A DNA stretch of 60,157 nucleotides, filler included, from Trichosphaerium sp. ATCC 40318 (GCA_038496445.1; 3 parts of 3 records of this genome joined end to end with filler, not necessarily neighbours in it), one strand, 5' to 3'; counted from the first letter of the whole stretch, positions 36,274 to 49,905 are shown. A program made the numbers and translations. Notes: a model not told the origin generated them from the sequence alone.

Positions 36274-36654
36274 TCATCGGTTCTTAATATTTTGTTTTTT
36301 TGCTCTTCTTTTGATTGATAGGCTTAACGCCGATTTTTCTTAGTTGTTTTTTGTACTTTTTTCTCATTTTCTTAGGTAGTATATCACTTGGAGGGAATGG
36401 ACCTCCTGCCATTAGTAGAGTATATACTTGGTTCAACTTCTCATCTTTCTTTGGTTTATTGCTTCCTTTGTTGATCGTTGATGTACCAAGAAATCAAGAA
36501 GGTCAAATGAAATTGTATTGTCAAGTTCGTCAATCATGTCATCAAGTTTTTCAACTGCAGGGTTTGATATATTATCTAGTAATTCATGTGGTAACTCTCC
36601 TAGTCCAATAGTAGATTCATCAAGTTCTTGTAGAGCCAATTCGAATAGAGACAT
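36274..36654 (-). CDS. Divergent 'GPFP' family member (needs a 38-nt intron or a frameshift)
   Basis: Second frame reads LNQVYTLLMAGGPFPPSDILPKKMRKKY; removing GTACAT...CCAAAG (38 nt) joins it to ORF 36433-36654; AATCAATCA motifs in its leader. Confidence 0.55.
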
Positions 36655-36901
36655 GTTGTTTAAGGTGTAGTGTTGTTAAAAATTATGATATTTTAGAAAA
36701 TGATTGATTGTGATTGATTTTACGTTTTCAATCTGAAATCCTGATGTAAAAAATGTTTCAATCACATCCTCTACTATACAAGCTTATAGATACTGACCTC
36801 ACCATCTCCGTTATACCACTTTTGCCTCTTTGTTGACAGAATTTCGCAATTTTGATTGAAATTTCTACACAGCACAATAGTAATTTGAGCCTTGTTCCTT
36901 G

Positions 36902-39530
36902 ATGGCGGCCACGCCACCAAACGAAATACGGGAACTTGCGCTACTCTCAGAACATTTTGGGGCACTTGTAAACAATAACGCCCAAAGCGATGTTACTTTT
37001 ATGGTTGGCGTCGAAGACGAAGAACCACAGCCAATATACGCGCATAGATTAATTCTAGCTTGTAGAAGGTACGATTTTCTGTAATTCGTATAATATACAC
37101 CGTAAACCTTCCCCCACTCGTTAAAAACCTTCAACAACGTCGTATTTCATAATTTTACATTGTTTGGGGTAAATACATTTCCTAAACCTCTAAATCTGCT
37201 TTGATTTATTAATACAGTAACAAGACGGCGTAAAAAAACGATTTCAGTAATCTTTTTCTGTAAACAAAAGTGTAAAATGGAACAAACTAACTTTTTTTTT
37301 CTTTGTTGTAGCCCAGTGCTTGCTTCGATGCTTCTTGGATCTCTTAAGGAAAGCCAAGAACGTGAAATACCAATAGGAAATATTAGACACGATATCTTCA
37401 AATTAATGATGCAGTACGTACACGTGGTTTTAAAAACAGCGTAAAAGAGAAAACACGAAACACGTGTTTCTGACAAACACAAAAACCGTTTCTTTTTTTT
37501 CAGAAATTCGGTTCGCATTCGGTTTCTTTACTCGCTTGAACGTTGGTATCTTCACCACGCCTGCGTCATATTTTATTATAGAGTATGGGACTATTTGTTT
37601 GTCTGTTATTATACGACAAAGCGAGAAATAACGTTCGAACTATTTTTTTTGAAACAAATTACTTCTTTACTGTTTCTTTTTGCTTACTGTTGGTGTTCAG
37701 GTATATTTACACAGGCGCCGTGAGCGTTACAGCAGAGACTGTTGTACCTCTCCTTGCCTCTGCCGATCAGTATCAATTGCTACAGCTGAAGAGCAAATGT
37801 TTTAATTACATGGAAAAGTTTTTAACAAAAAATACAGTTTGTACGTTATTACAAACAGCCATGATGTATGGTAACCATGGTACGCATATTAATAGTTTTT
37901 ATTTAAATTAAAATCAACGAAAATGAGCTTACACAATACAACAGACTTTGCTAGTAAGTGCAAAATGTTCATATCATGTCATACAAGAGATGTCATAAAC
38001 TCAGATGATTTCTTGACATTGTCACAACAGTCACTCCGTGAAATGTTAATGAGTACGCTTCTAAACATATTGTCAACAGTCTTTACATACCCTCTTACAT
38101 GATTGATTTGTTTATAGCGGATCAACTTGATGTAGAGGAGCTAGAACTTTACAAAGCGCTTTTGAGATGGGGTGAAAAAAATCTGGAAAAAAACAACAAC
38201 AGCACCAGCCTGAAGGAAACTCTTTTACCTCTTATTCCCTTTATAAGGTACCTTACATACTCAAAACATATTTAGTGAATGTTAGATAACTTCAAATGTC
38301 TTTTCATTAACGAAAACAAAGGTTTCCTCTTATTCTCCCAGATGACTTAATGAATATTGTTAAGCCAAGCGGAGTTGTTCCTCTTGAGGTTTATGTTCAA
38401 GTACGATTATAAATTCATTTGTCTATTTCTTTTACTGATAACCTTTTAAAAGGCTATAGAGTACCATTTATGCCCTGATAATGTTGACACGAGTGGTACA
38501 ATGTTCAAAGTGAGTTTTATTTTTTTTTACTTCATCAAAATTTTCGGGAGTTTTTTTTCAGCTTTTCCCACCATACTTGATCCTGTAACTCCAATATGCT
38601 ATTGGAAATGGGTGTATTGATATGTGTTACATCGATTTTCACACCATAGCTTATCGTAAATCATGTTATTAACTCGTTTTTTTCAAATAACAGCCAAGGG
38701 TACCTGCTCCTGTATTCACGTGGCAAGGAAACTCAAAAGAGTTTCAGTTTACTGAAGGAGGTACGCAGGCATATAAAACACTTTTTCACGTGCTTATGTG
38801 TTAACAGGGTTAAACGCAAAGCGTATTGGGTCTAACTACTGGACGAAAGTGTTTGGTTCTCATGGATTTTCTTCAGGAAAGGTAAAGTTCACCTTTCTGT
38901 TTGTTTGAGCTCACGCCAATACATGATTCTCTCTTTTTCTCTAATTGTCGTTTATCAAGGCTTTTTGGGAAGTTAAGATTGTAAATATCAATGGAAATGA
39001 TAAGAGTGGACTTATCATTGGTGTGACAAGTTGTAAAGAACGGTATGATGTTTGGATTATTTTTGTTCAATTTTTTTTCTTGATTTGAAGAAAAAACGGT
39101 ACCAACGTACTATCAAATAATATAAATACCCTGATACGAAATATACAATATTAGAATTATAAAATAGACACAAATTCTAAAATCAAATTCAGTCAGTGTG
39201 CCACAGGAGCAAAACTTTTTTTTCCTTTTCTGTGAAAAAAAATACTCGCTTACCAGCTTTTTGTTTAGATCGGCTTATTGTAAAGATCTTGGTATTGGTA
39301 TGGCTGGTCATTGTTATAGGCTTTCATCAGAATTAAAAGCAGTACCTATAGAAGTATCAACAGGGTTTAAAATAGGGATTCAACTTGATCTTGTTAAGCT
39401 TAAAGCTTCTTTTTTTGTTAATGGTATTGCTTTATCAATGCAAGGAGAGCTAGAGAAAGGACTGACATACTGGCCAGTAGTACATATGCATTATAAAGAT
39501 GATGCAATAGCATTGGTTGAAGTACAATGA
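36902..39530 (+). CDS. BTB/POZ-BACK-SPRY-like protein, multi-exon
   Basis: SDVTFMV..IYAHRLILACR, YIYTG..LLASADQYQL, BACK-like EELELYKALLRWG..IRFPL, C-terminal IGIQLDL..FFVNG..YWPVV. Confidence 0.85.
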
Positions 39531-40163
39531 AAATAACCACTTAAGTAACAAAGCGTGAAAACATTCAATGAAGGGATGAAAAAAAGATCATCATTCGAAA
39601 AGAAAAAGAAAAAAAAAAACTGATGTAATTTTCTAACAATGTATGTGTGTTGATAAAATACTTATAAAATATCTTTTAATATTATATTCTTACTTGTACT
39701 ATGTTGCTTTGTCACTTACTTTACTTGTTGATCAATTACTACAAGACTTAGTGTCAAGCGTTTGGTTGTACTACAAGATTGACAATATAAAGTCAGACAC
39801 GATAGATTAGCAATGATGAGTAGCAACCAATCAAAACTACTATGCCGTCCCTAAAGTCCTTTTTTTGTTGTAAAAATGCTATTTGTTTCCTTTCTCACAT
39901 AACAATACCTCAAAAGTCCTTATTTTAATGTAACCATGCTTGTTCTTTACAACTTGTGTAGAGATGGGCAAGCTATTAGATACAGTGAAAAAAAAACAAG
40001 AAAAAAAACACTATGAAAACAAATAGCTTCATTGTTTTATGCTCATTGCCACCTCTAGATTCACTGCCTCCAGTCAAGACAAATAGCAAAAAATTCTTTT
40101 CAGGGCATACTATTTATTCTTGTACAGATAATAGTAAAAAGTGAACAACGTAAGTTAAGTATC

Positions 40164-40953
40164 TTAGTAGGTTTCTTCAAACTTCAATTTACCAATCTCA
40201 TTCCATGTCATATACTTTCCTTTCAATCTATCATTAGAGTAATAACAAAGTCTTTGAAGTTGTCCATTATTATACCATTCCTTGTACTCTCCATTTTTCT
40301 TACCATTCAAATAATTACCATGTGCAATTAATACACCTTCTTCATTCCACTTTTTGAACTCTCCGTCTCTCTTGTCTTTGACATACTTACATTGTAAAAT
40401 CAATTTACCATTCTTGTTCCAAGTTTTGTAATCTCCTTCTTGCCTACCTTCTTTGTAATAAGATTCTTCGTTTAATATGCCATTACTATGCCAGTATTTA
40501 CACACTCCTTCTTTGTTATTATTTACATAATGACATCTCATACAGAGTCTTCCGTTGTCAACAGAGTAATGTTCAAGCTCTCCTTCAATCATTCCATTGA
40601 TAAAATTATACTTCTTTATCAGTTTGCCATTACTCCACTCTTTATACACACCTTCTACTTTACTGTGTACAAACGTAACTTGTTTTTCAACAACAACAGG
40701 TTCACTATATAATCCCCACCCGTTATTTCGTTTCCTGCGGCTCAGCCACTTTCCATGTTTCTTCATTTCATCATCGAACCTCGTTGTTATTGCTGAGTAT
40801 TTAGATAACAAAGGCCACTTAACATATACTTCATAGTCTAAATCCATGATATCTAGCTGTATTTCATGCGGGAGGCTTAGGAGAAATGTACTATTAACCG
40901 AAGGAAGGCAGTTTGGCTAAATACAAGTAGTAGTTAGCCAAGAATTACAGCAT
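40164..40953 (-). CDS. F-box-like plus MORN-variant (YwqK-type) repeat protein
   Basis: One 58-nt 5' intron gives MLTFLLSLPHEIQLDIM; repeats of GEYKEWYNNGQL type. Confidence 0.8.
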
Positions 40954-41419
40954 CTTTGCCTTTCCACTTTTTTTGTTCAAAAAATCCAGGTGAGCGTAGG
41001 AGAGAGAAATAAAATCTAATTTATAAAACGATGTATTAAAATACACTCTCGAGTCATATTTTGCAGAAAATCTTATGTCTTGACCGCATCGCATACCTTG
41101 AAGTTTGTTTTTGCCATTTCTGCAATTTTAAAGGGTACAGGAAAGATGAGTATGCGTGTAAGAGATGTGGCCTTAGTTGTAGGATAATAGATAATTCAAA
41201 GAATTTTATTTGAAATTTGGTTACGAGGTATACAGTCAAGCATGGTCACATGCTAAGAACTCATTCTCTTAGATCCAGAGAAGGTTGTTTTCGGTATGGC
41301 AGCTTTGGAGAGGATAGTTGGTATGTATGGCGTTTCAAGTAAGTTATTTGTTAGGATAAAATAGTCCATTTATCAAACAAGGGACGTACCGGCCCAAACG
41401 TGCCATCTTTTATGAGATA

Positions 41420-41737
41420 TTGTTCACAACCACGTTGGGTCTATTACTCCACAATACGACTATTGTTCTCAGACTGAGTGAGCTACCAAACGACATTATT
41501 GCGGCATTGGCAGGTGTACACACTATCAACCTATGTCGTTATAAGTCAATAACAGACAATGGCATTGCAGCATTGGCAGGTGTACATGAGATTGATTTAT
41601 CATCTACAAATGTAACACATGCAGGTTTAAAGGCAATTTCAGGTGTACACACCATCTGGTTGGAGTACCGCAGAAATGTAGAGCTACCAGTTATTAAAAC
41701 ATTGACAGGTGCACATAAAATACGTTTTCTTGGATAA
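41420..41737 (+). CDS. LRR fragment of 'LAGVHTxxL..ITD' type, possibly a pseudogene
   Basis: Four repeats: LAGVHTINL, LAGVHEIDL, ISGVHTIWL, LTGAHKI; no clear ATG start. Confidence 0.55.
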   Translation: MFTTTLGLLLHNTTIVLRLSELPNDIIAALAGVHTINLCRYKSITDNGIAALAGVHEIDLSSTNVTHAGLKAISGVHTIWLEYRRNVELPVIKTLTGAHKIRFLG

Positions 41738-42168
41738 ACTGTGATAAACAAGCTCAAAATCAAGACATTTATCGCTTTTATTGATAATTCTTCAACTCCA
41801 GCATGAACAGATGTACAACTGTTACCTTACCAAAGGTTGCTGAAATGGGGACCGGGATTGTATTTTATATATGTCAACACTGAAGGGAACAAAACTAGTT
41901 AGGTGTCTTTCCACGTGTACAAAAAATAAAATGATTTCCAAATTTCTCAACATTGTAATACACTGCATTTTGATTTACTAACTAGCTACTGGATTTTTAT
42001 CTATTGTAGTCACGTGTTTATTATTATTACGAAATTACACGAAATTTCTAGTCACGTCTTCTCAAACACGTAGCCAGACAACCGTTGATTTGCAGAGCAA
42101 TATATTTGGACAGAGTGTGGTTCTCGTTTTATAAACTAACTATAATTTCACTTTTCGAAAAGTTCTGT

Positions 42169-43032
42169 TTACATCACTGAACAAGATTGTACACGCTGGC
42201 CATTGTTATAGTTGGCTTCTTCGTTCAAAATACCATTTTCATCCCATGCTTTGAAATCTCCTTCACGTCTACCATTGATATAATGGCAATTCTTTGACAG
42301 TTGGCCAGTGAAATACCATTGCTTGTACTCCCCTTCAATTTTACCATTGACGAAAAAACAGTACTTCGATAGTTGGCCATTAGCATACCATATCCTGTGC
42401 TCTCCTTGTCGAGTCCCATTAACGTAACTTGTCTTCTCCCTTAACTGGCCATTTTTATGGTACCACATTTTTAACTCTCCATCAATTAATCCGTTGACAT
42501 AGTGCCATTGTCGTTTCAGTTTACCACTTTCATACCATACTTTGTAGTCTCCCACAAGTTTATCTTTTTTAAGATAATATTGCTCTTGTAATTGACCGTT
42601 TTTATACCATAGTTTAACTATTTGATCTTCATTGCTTCCATTGATGTAGTGCTGACGACTTGCAAGTTGACCGTGTTCTACTTGTTGGCCATCTATGTAC
42701 TGATATCTGTCATGTACCTGACCATTTTCATACCACGTGATAAAATCTCCATGTCGTTTACCATGTGACATACTCATTTGACAAACTAGCTGCATTTTGT
42801 TTTGCTGTTTGGTTCTAAATTTTTTCCACTTTCCATGTTGTTTCATCTTGTAATCATACCTTGATGTTGTTGCTGTGTACTTTGATAGACTTGGCCAAAT
42901 TAAATACACGTCACATGATAAATCAACAAAAATAAGCTGTATCTCAACAAGAAGGTCTAGCAATCTACATGTAGGTTGTAACGTGTCGGTAGTACATCTT
43001 CAAGAAAAACAAATTACATACCTCGTTTCCAT
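42169..43032 (-). CDS. F-box-like plus MORN-variant repeat protein ending in a CaaX-like CSVM
   Basis: 5' intron gives METRLLDLLVEIQL; WYxNGQL repeats; C-terminus QSCSVM. Confidence 0.8.
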
Positions 43033-43374
43033 AGTTTTCAAACACAGCTGGTTCCTCGCTGTTCTTTGTTGTTAATGCATTTCGCATGAACTCCACCTGT
43101 TACCTCTCCTTCTCCCTACGAAATGAATGGTTTTAGTGGATTATTAGGTACAGCTTGTACTTATTTTTATCAATTCACGTGGTTTGTGTATTTTGTTTTG
43201 AATGACGCCAAGCCTTGACACGCCTTGACTGTTTTACTGAGAAGCTGTCAAAAACAAAGTCAGTTCGATCCAATTGTTGAGTAGTAATAAATCCTGAAAG
43301 TAACAAGGTTCACAACAGATGGGTAGGTTCTTTCCCCAAAAAAATAACTGAACGAGAGGTGCAAGTCTTCTGTT

Positions 43375-43525
43375 TTATTTATTTTTTGAGATTGAAACAG
43401 TAAGGATTGTATCTGGTTGTATATTTACTATGGGCTGAACCAATACCTTTGTTCCTTGAAGCTTCCAAGTTGCAGTTCCTGGAGGTGTGATAACAACAGT
43501 GAAACCGTTGGGGTAGTGGTACTCT
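43375..43525 (-). CDS. Last exon of a gene cut by the gap; possibly a GH5 C-terminal domain
   Basis: EYHYPNGFTVVITPPG...LTVSISKNK*. Confidence 0.35.
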
Positions 43526-43540
43526 ACAAGACAAAAAAAT

Positions 43541-43640
43541 NNNNNNNNNNNNNNNNNNNNNNNNNNNNNNNNNNNNNNNNNNNNTTAATTAATTAANNNN
43601 NNNNNNNNNNNNNNNNNNNNNNNNNNNNNNNNNNNNNNNN
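43541..43640. other. Assembly gap with TTAATTAATTAA linker
   Basis: Same N-run and linker as at 23229. Confidence 0.97.
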
Positions 43641-44139
43641 TTTTTTCTTTGTAGGGTTCCTTATCCATTGTCGTGGGCTTCATAATTAATGAAAAATCGC
43701 GACAAAAGATGCAATTTAGCGCAAAGGAACTTACTGAAGAGCGTGAAATTGCCATGAAACTTGTAGAATCAGCTTAAAAAAAATATATTTAGAATGTCTT
43801 TGTATCTGAAATAAAGTAATCATAGTTTACAACTTTGTAGCTCAACGTCCAACCTATTTTGAGGTCAAACAAGCTCTCCTATCAAATGATCATATAGAAT
43901 TGGAAACATATCTGTCATATAACCTAAACCAGCACTAGTTGATACTTTGCGACTATGTATAAAAAAATGGTAAGAAATTAACTGAAAGTAAGGTTATCAA
44001 TCTTAGATTGATTGAAAAAGTACAATCATTAGTTTCAAATTCGCAAAGAAGACAGTAAAGATTACGCAAGCAATCAACAAGGAACGTCCTTTAAGTACAA
44101 AGGTATACATATATCCAATACTGTATCTCTTTCTTCTAA

Positions 44140-45868
44140 GGCTCAAATAGATGGATACGTCAATACAAGATTCAACAATCGATTGTTAAACCTTCCAATG
44201 GAGTTACAACTTGATATTATCGATCTAGATCCCGAAGTGCCCTTAAAATGGCCATTGCTTTCAAAACAAGCAAATAAGTGATCAATTAGATTTGATGATA
44301 ATTTGAAGAAACATGGAAAATGGAAGCAATTTAGAGTTGAGTATCAAGACTACCTGTATGAGTACTACATGCATCAGGACGAATATTACAGGCAGGATAT
44401 CACACCAGATAAAATCATACGTCAAGAACACTGGAGTCATGGTAAGATGAATGGTTCGTATAAAGAGTGGCACGACAATGGTGAACTATGGATACAATGC
44501 TCATGTCTCAATGGTAAACAACATGGCGAGTACAAACAATGGTTTGACAACGGCCATCTAGAACTACAATGTACGTATGTACATGGTAAAAAAGAAGGAG
44601 AGAGTAAGGAGTGGTTCGAAAATGGTCAATTGTGGATACAATGTTTGTGTGTTAAAGGTAAACTTGATGGAGAGTACAAGCAATGGTATGATAATGGCCG
44701 ATTAGATATGCAATGCACATACGTTGGTGGTCAACAAGAAACACAGAAAAGGCCCTCAATAGTACGTCTGTATGACCAGTGTACAGGGGACTACAAGACA
44801 TGGTATCCAAATGGACAATTAGAAATACACTGCAATTATTTCAACGGCAAAATAGATGGAGAAGTAAAATGGTGGCATGCGAACGGCCAATTAAGAGCAC
44901 ATGAATATTATACAAACGCACAATTAGATGGACATACCAAGAAATGGTATGAAAATGGTACTTTAAGTGAGCATAGTAGGTACGTGAATGGTGTTTGTGA
45001 AGGTGAACTCAAGTATTGGCATGAAAATGGTCAGTTGTCGCACCATTGGCATTATGACAACGGTAAACACGATGGAGAGCTCAACGAGTGGTTTGAAAAT
45101 AGCCAATTGAAGTTCAATGCAACTCACGTGAATGGCAAACAAGAAGGTTTGGAAAAGGCGTGGTTTGAGAATGGTCAATTGATGCATAAACTAAATTGGA
45201 TTCATGGAAGAGAAGAAGGAGAGGCGAAGGAGTGGTATGTAAACGGTCAATTGAAGACACAGCTCAACTATATAACTGGTAAACGAGATGGCGATGGGAC
45301 ATTTTGGTATGAAAACGGCCAATTAATGAAAGAGTGTTTTTATGTGAATGATGAAGAGGATGGAAAGCGTACTGAATGGTTTGACAATGGCCAATTAAAA
45401 TACGAGTGTAACTATGTCAATGGCGAGACCACATTCTGGCATGAAAACGGGCAATTGAGTGAGAAGGCTTACTTTGTCCATGGCGTAAGAGAAGGAGAAG
45501 TCAATACTTGGTATGACGGGAAATTGAGTTTGCAGTGCTACTTTGTAAACGGTAAAGAAGAAGGCAAGAGAATGGAATGGCATCATAACGGTCAATTGAG
45601 TTTAGAGTGTTTCAAGATCAATGGCAAAACAGAAGGAATTGTCAAAGAGTGGTATGACAATGCCTAATTGTGTGCAAAGTATTTTGTTGTCAACGATAAA
45701 AGAAAAGGAGAGTATAAGTCATGGTATGACAACGGGCAATTGGAGGAGCATTCCAAATATGTTAACGATAAACGTGAAGGAGAATACAAATGTTGGTTTC
45801 AAAATGGTGAGCTGAAAGAAGGGCGCAAACTTGTATTACAATACTGTACGTATAATCAGTGCTATTGA
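44140..45868 (+). pseudogene. F-box-like plus long MORN-variant array with two in-frame stops
   Basis: RLLNLPMELQLDII..WPLLSKQANK*SIRFD (TGA ~44279); DNA*LC (TAA 45665) at the conserved NGQL Gln; repeats continue in frame past both stops. Confidence 0.75.
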
Positions 45869-46377
45869 TTTGATTGTTTCACTTACATATTCGAGCGTCT
45901 AGTTAATAACATGTCTCCTTGAATACAAGACAAACAAATCCTAGTCATGTTAGAAGAGTATTGACTGCTTAAGTACTCCTGAGTTATGTATCAGTCAAAT
46001 GAAGTGACTATCATTCGGAAAGTAGAAAAGCAACTTAAAAGGATTTTTGTGAAAAGAGTATAACCCTTATTTAGAGGTCTTACTTTTCCGGTTAACCGTT
46101 TAGGGTTGAAACCCAGTTAACCTCTACTTCAACAACTATAATTCGGTGAAATATTGCTTAAAAGCGTTAGGCCTAAGGGCAAACTGTAGCAAAAATAGAC
46201 TCTATAAAAATAGTTTGTCATTTTCACTCAACTTGTAGATTGTTGGTTATAATAAAGCGTCGAAAGTAGTGAATGTAAAAAAACGCGTATGTTGGCTTAC
46301 AATGAAACCAACTACTTTTCCTGCAGTTACGCATAAAACATTTAACAGCTGAACTCAAAATACCCCAAAAAACAGTT

Positions 46378-47259
46378 TTATAGGCTAGCTGTTTTAAGTA
46401 TGGGTGGGTACACGGATGGTTTTGGAAGCAATATGGGCTCTTTTTGCCATGTTCCTCTGCTGATTTTCGCATTGATAGCATCTATTGCTCGTGTACAAGG
46501 GAAATTAATAGGCACAACACCTAATGTCATATGAATCTCTTGCAAGTCTCTCCTTGGTATCATTATATGTATGCCGCGTTCTGATAAGGTTTTTTCAACC
46601 TTCTCAGCAAGATATTCAATAAATGAACCTGTTTTTGTGCTTGCTGTGAGCACAACAGACATTGATCCATCAGCCATACTAAACACACATTTCATGCTAT
46701 CAAACTCAACGAACACGTCCGGCCAATACATCTCATCTATGATTTCTGATAGTATCTTAGAGCCCTCTTTGATTTCTGCACAACAAAAGTAATGCATTGT
46801 TACGTGTAACTCAATCTCTCCTCGTGGGTTTCTAACACTATTTGAAGTCTCTTTTCCATAATGCCGTAGTACTTTCAGTGCAAGCTCCATCTTGTCAACG
46901 AGCCACTGTGGATAGTTGACTTCTTTGTGCCAAAATACAAGGCCTATTCCTCTCTTCTCATTGCCTGTTTGACAAGAACAAGGGCACCCTGGACCTCCGT
47001 TCATTGGAAACAAAGCACCGAAAGCCACATCATCAAGTTCTTTGCTTCTTGTAGCCAATACGTGCTCACGTGCTTTGTGGTATTCCTCCGGGCAATATTT
47101 TTCGCCTCCACCTCTTCGTTGGATATTCGTTGGTGCAGTCGCTGAAGAAGGCTTCTCGGTATTTAAAACCATGAAGGTAAAGATAACAAGGCTAAAACAG
47201 CACACCACTACTTTTTGTGTCAACGACAATTTTAGATTACGCCAGTAACGTGTTATCAT
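46378..47259 (-). CDS. Intronless type II membrane protein with a 2H-phosphoesterase-like domain
   Basis: N-terminal TM VVVCCFSLVIFTFMVL; two HxT motifs, LHVTM and IHMTL, ~90 aa apart. Confidence 0.65.
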   Translation of the reverse strand: MITRYWRNLKLSLTQKVVVCCFSLVIFTFMVLNTEKPSSATAPTNIQRRGGGEKYCPEEYHKAREHVLATRSKELDDVAFGALFPMNGGPGCPCSCQTGNEKRGIGLVFWHKEVNYPQWLVDKMELALKVLRHYGKETSNSVRNPRGEIELHVTMHYFCCAEIKEGSKILSEIIDEMYWPDVFVEFDSMKCVFSMADGSMSVVLTASTKTGSFIEYLAEKVEKTLSERGIHIMIPRRDLQEIHMTLGVVPINFPCTRAIDAINAKISRGTWQKEPILLPKPSVYPPILKTASL

Positions 47260-47671
47260 CGTCTTAACCGTATTAACCTTCAAGTGCTACCGCTTTAAAG
47301 TTGTTACAAAGTGATGATAGCAGGACATTTTATATTGTCAATAATGGTCAAGCTAGAGCTCAGCAAGCTAACACGTGGATCGTCTATGTAATAGATATAT
47401 CGCACAGCAGCAACAGATGATTGGCTTATTCCACTTTGTGAAGTGAAGGTATCGATAATAGATGATTGTCAATATTACAGATAACGCGTAAACACTCAGA
47501 GAAAAGGGTGTTGTATCTAAATCTTGACTTGAGTACCAGCAACGAATAAAAATAAACCATCACATTTACAAGTTCAACGTCAATGGCTTTACTAAATTCT
47601 GTTTCGAGGAAAATGGAAGGAACTAGAGGTTCTATGTTGAGTAAATAATCTCTTTTTGTTCTTTTATTTTT

Positions 47672-49189
47672 CACCAAGCCATTTTAGCTTTATTTTGCCA
47701 ACAGATACCATTAGTGCCTATATCTTCAACAGGAGCGAGTGCAAGCCATACTGGTGTTTCAGCACCTTCGTCGGTACTAAGAGGAGCTTTTTGTCCAGCC
47801 ATTCGTGTGCGAACCCAACCTTTGGTGTAAAGTGAGAAGACTTACAAGTAGCGACTGAAAACAAGGTTTGAAGCCATTTCACATTAATGTAACAGAAATT
47901 ATAGACACTTATCACGTGCTTGTCAAAATTGATGAATGATTCAGAAGCTTTTTTTTCTTGTTTTTTTCTTGATTAAGAATAGAGTGCGTACCAGGGTGTA
48001 CTGCTGCAATGAACAGATTGTTTTCAGCAGCGTGATCTCGCAATAACATACGTGTATATACGTTGACCAAAACCTTGCTAACACAGTATGTGCTAGAAGG
48101 AAAATGCTCAAATTTGTTGTTGCGGATTTCTTCAAGAAAGCCTTCGTAAATCTCGGTCAGGTCTTTTTCTGTAACTTTTGGATTCATCAGCTTTTCTTCC
48201 ATAGATTTACTGTAACGATCTTCTATTCATTTGTTCAGAAAAAAGGTATAGAGAAGGTGCATGTTTCTTTCTTTTCTTTTTTGTTTCACGGAAACTTTAG
48301 CGTTCAACTGCTGTACGTACTCAATTGGGCTGCGCTTGATGATATGTTTATTATGCGTCCTTTATTGCTAAGAATAGATAACAAAGCATCAGTGATACGC
48401 TTTGATTAGAACAAATATTAGCATTTGAAAATAGTACATGTGTCAAAACAAGTGCAAAATTGAGTACCTTAGTTCCATAGTAATTTACGCCAACTGTTTG
48501 TTTTGCCATATCTACATCTATACCACTACCTTTTGCTGCATAACCTAAAAGAATAAGTTATTACTCCCTCGAAAAGTGACAGTGATTAGCTAAGGTTAGT
48601 ACGTACCAGCATTGTTGATAAGTACATCCAAGCCACCATGTTCTTTTTGTAGCCAGCTCTTAAATTTCTCTACGCTGTCATCCTTCGTTATATCCAGTTG
48701 ATGAGAAACAACATTCTCAACATTATGACGCTTCTAAACAAACAATGAGAAACCGAAAAACCCAATTAAAAAAAAAATTCTCAACATTTTCTTTCGGACA
48801 AAATGTGTCACTATTGACAACTTCTCTTTGAAGCAAGTTGTCATATCCTTATGTGGTTTTGTTGGAGTACGTCTACAGTATTGTAGACTTGCCTCAGCGC
48901 TTGCAAAAAAGACAATGAGGCTGCTTTTACCGCCAATTTCTCCGCCTTAACAAACTGACACCTGTGTTTTCATCGTACCTTTATATCCTTCACAGCATTC
49001 TCGCCTTCCTCAGGATTGCGCGCTGTAATTATTACAATGCCTTTTGTCTTTTGAGCAATTTGTGAAGCAATTGCTTCACCAATACCGCGATTGCCTTTTA
49101 CGTTCCATTAGTACGCGCTAGAGCGTATATTATGTGCGTAGCAAAATTATACCTCCAGTAACGACGTATCTTGTGCGTAGTGCTGCCAT
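47672..49189 (-). CDS. Carbonyl reductase 1-like SDR, multi-exon
   Basis: VVTGGNRGIG, LDVLINNAG, YCVSK, VHPGWVRTRMAG..EGAETPVWLA. Confidence 0.88.
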
Positions 49190-49905
49190 TTTGTTTGTAG
49201 TGCGTGTATTGGTAGTTTAATGGTGGTGAGACGGCTTTTGGTTAAGTCAGTGACGTATTCGTTGCTTGTGTCAAAAAAATTGACGTTCACAATACAATCG
49301 GCACGTGTTCCGAGGAAAGCATATATTTTTGGTTTTACTCAATGCCAATATCACAGCAAGTTAGCGTTGTATTTGGTTGTTTACGTAACTTTGAATAGAG
49401 TGATATTGATGCCGTGTACATAGACCATTGTCTAGAACTTTGGCTGTAGCTTATTATTTTCTTTTTGTTGGTAACAGAGGAAGCATATGTATGTGGCTTC
49501 TATAAACCACTGCCCCATAAAGCGTACTACCACAATCCCTACCCGATGGGATGGAGCAGTGGACGATAGGTGTCTTTTAGACAGTGACGAGCTGACCAGA
49601 AGAAAACTAACTATTTTTCTTCATGAAGAAAACTCACAACTTTCGATCGTAGCATGTAACCACTGCATATGTTTTTCCTACTCGTTTGAAGCTGCAATTT
49701 TTTTTGCAAGTTGCAATGGAGTACAGAGATAAATTTTTATTATTTCTTGAACGCTAAGAATTATTCAGTGATTATGTTTAACAACAATTAACAAGGAGGG
49801 AATAAAGTTCATAACACAATACCTTAAACCTCCTACATTCTGTTGTTTTTATGACCACTTTTAAAAGTCGTAGTAGTGCACGTCCACAACAGCGTTAACA
49901 ACAAT

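Noticed and set aside
44279-45667. In-frame TGA and TAA in the long MORN gene as evidence of stop-codon reassignment (TAA=Gln)
   Set aside because: TAA, TAG and TGA all terminate other well-supported genes here, the tRNA-Gln has a normal UUG anticodon, and another family copy is frameshifted; single-base nonsense mutations in a pseudogene are simpler
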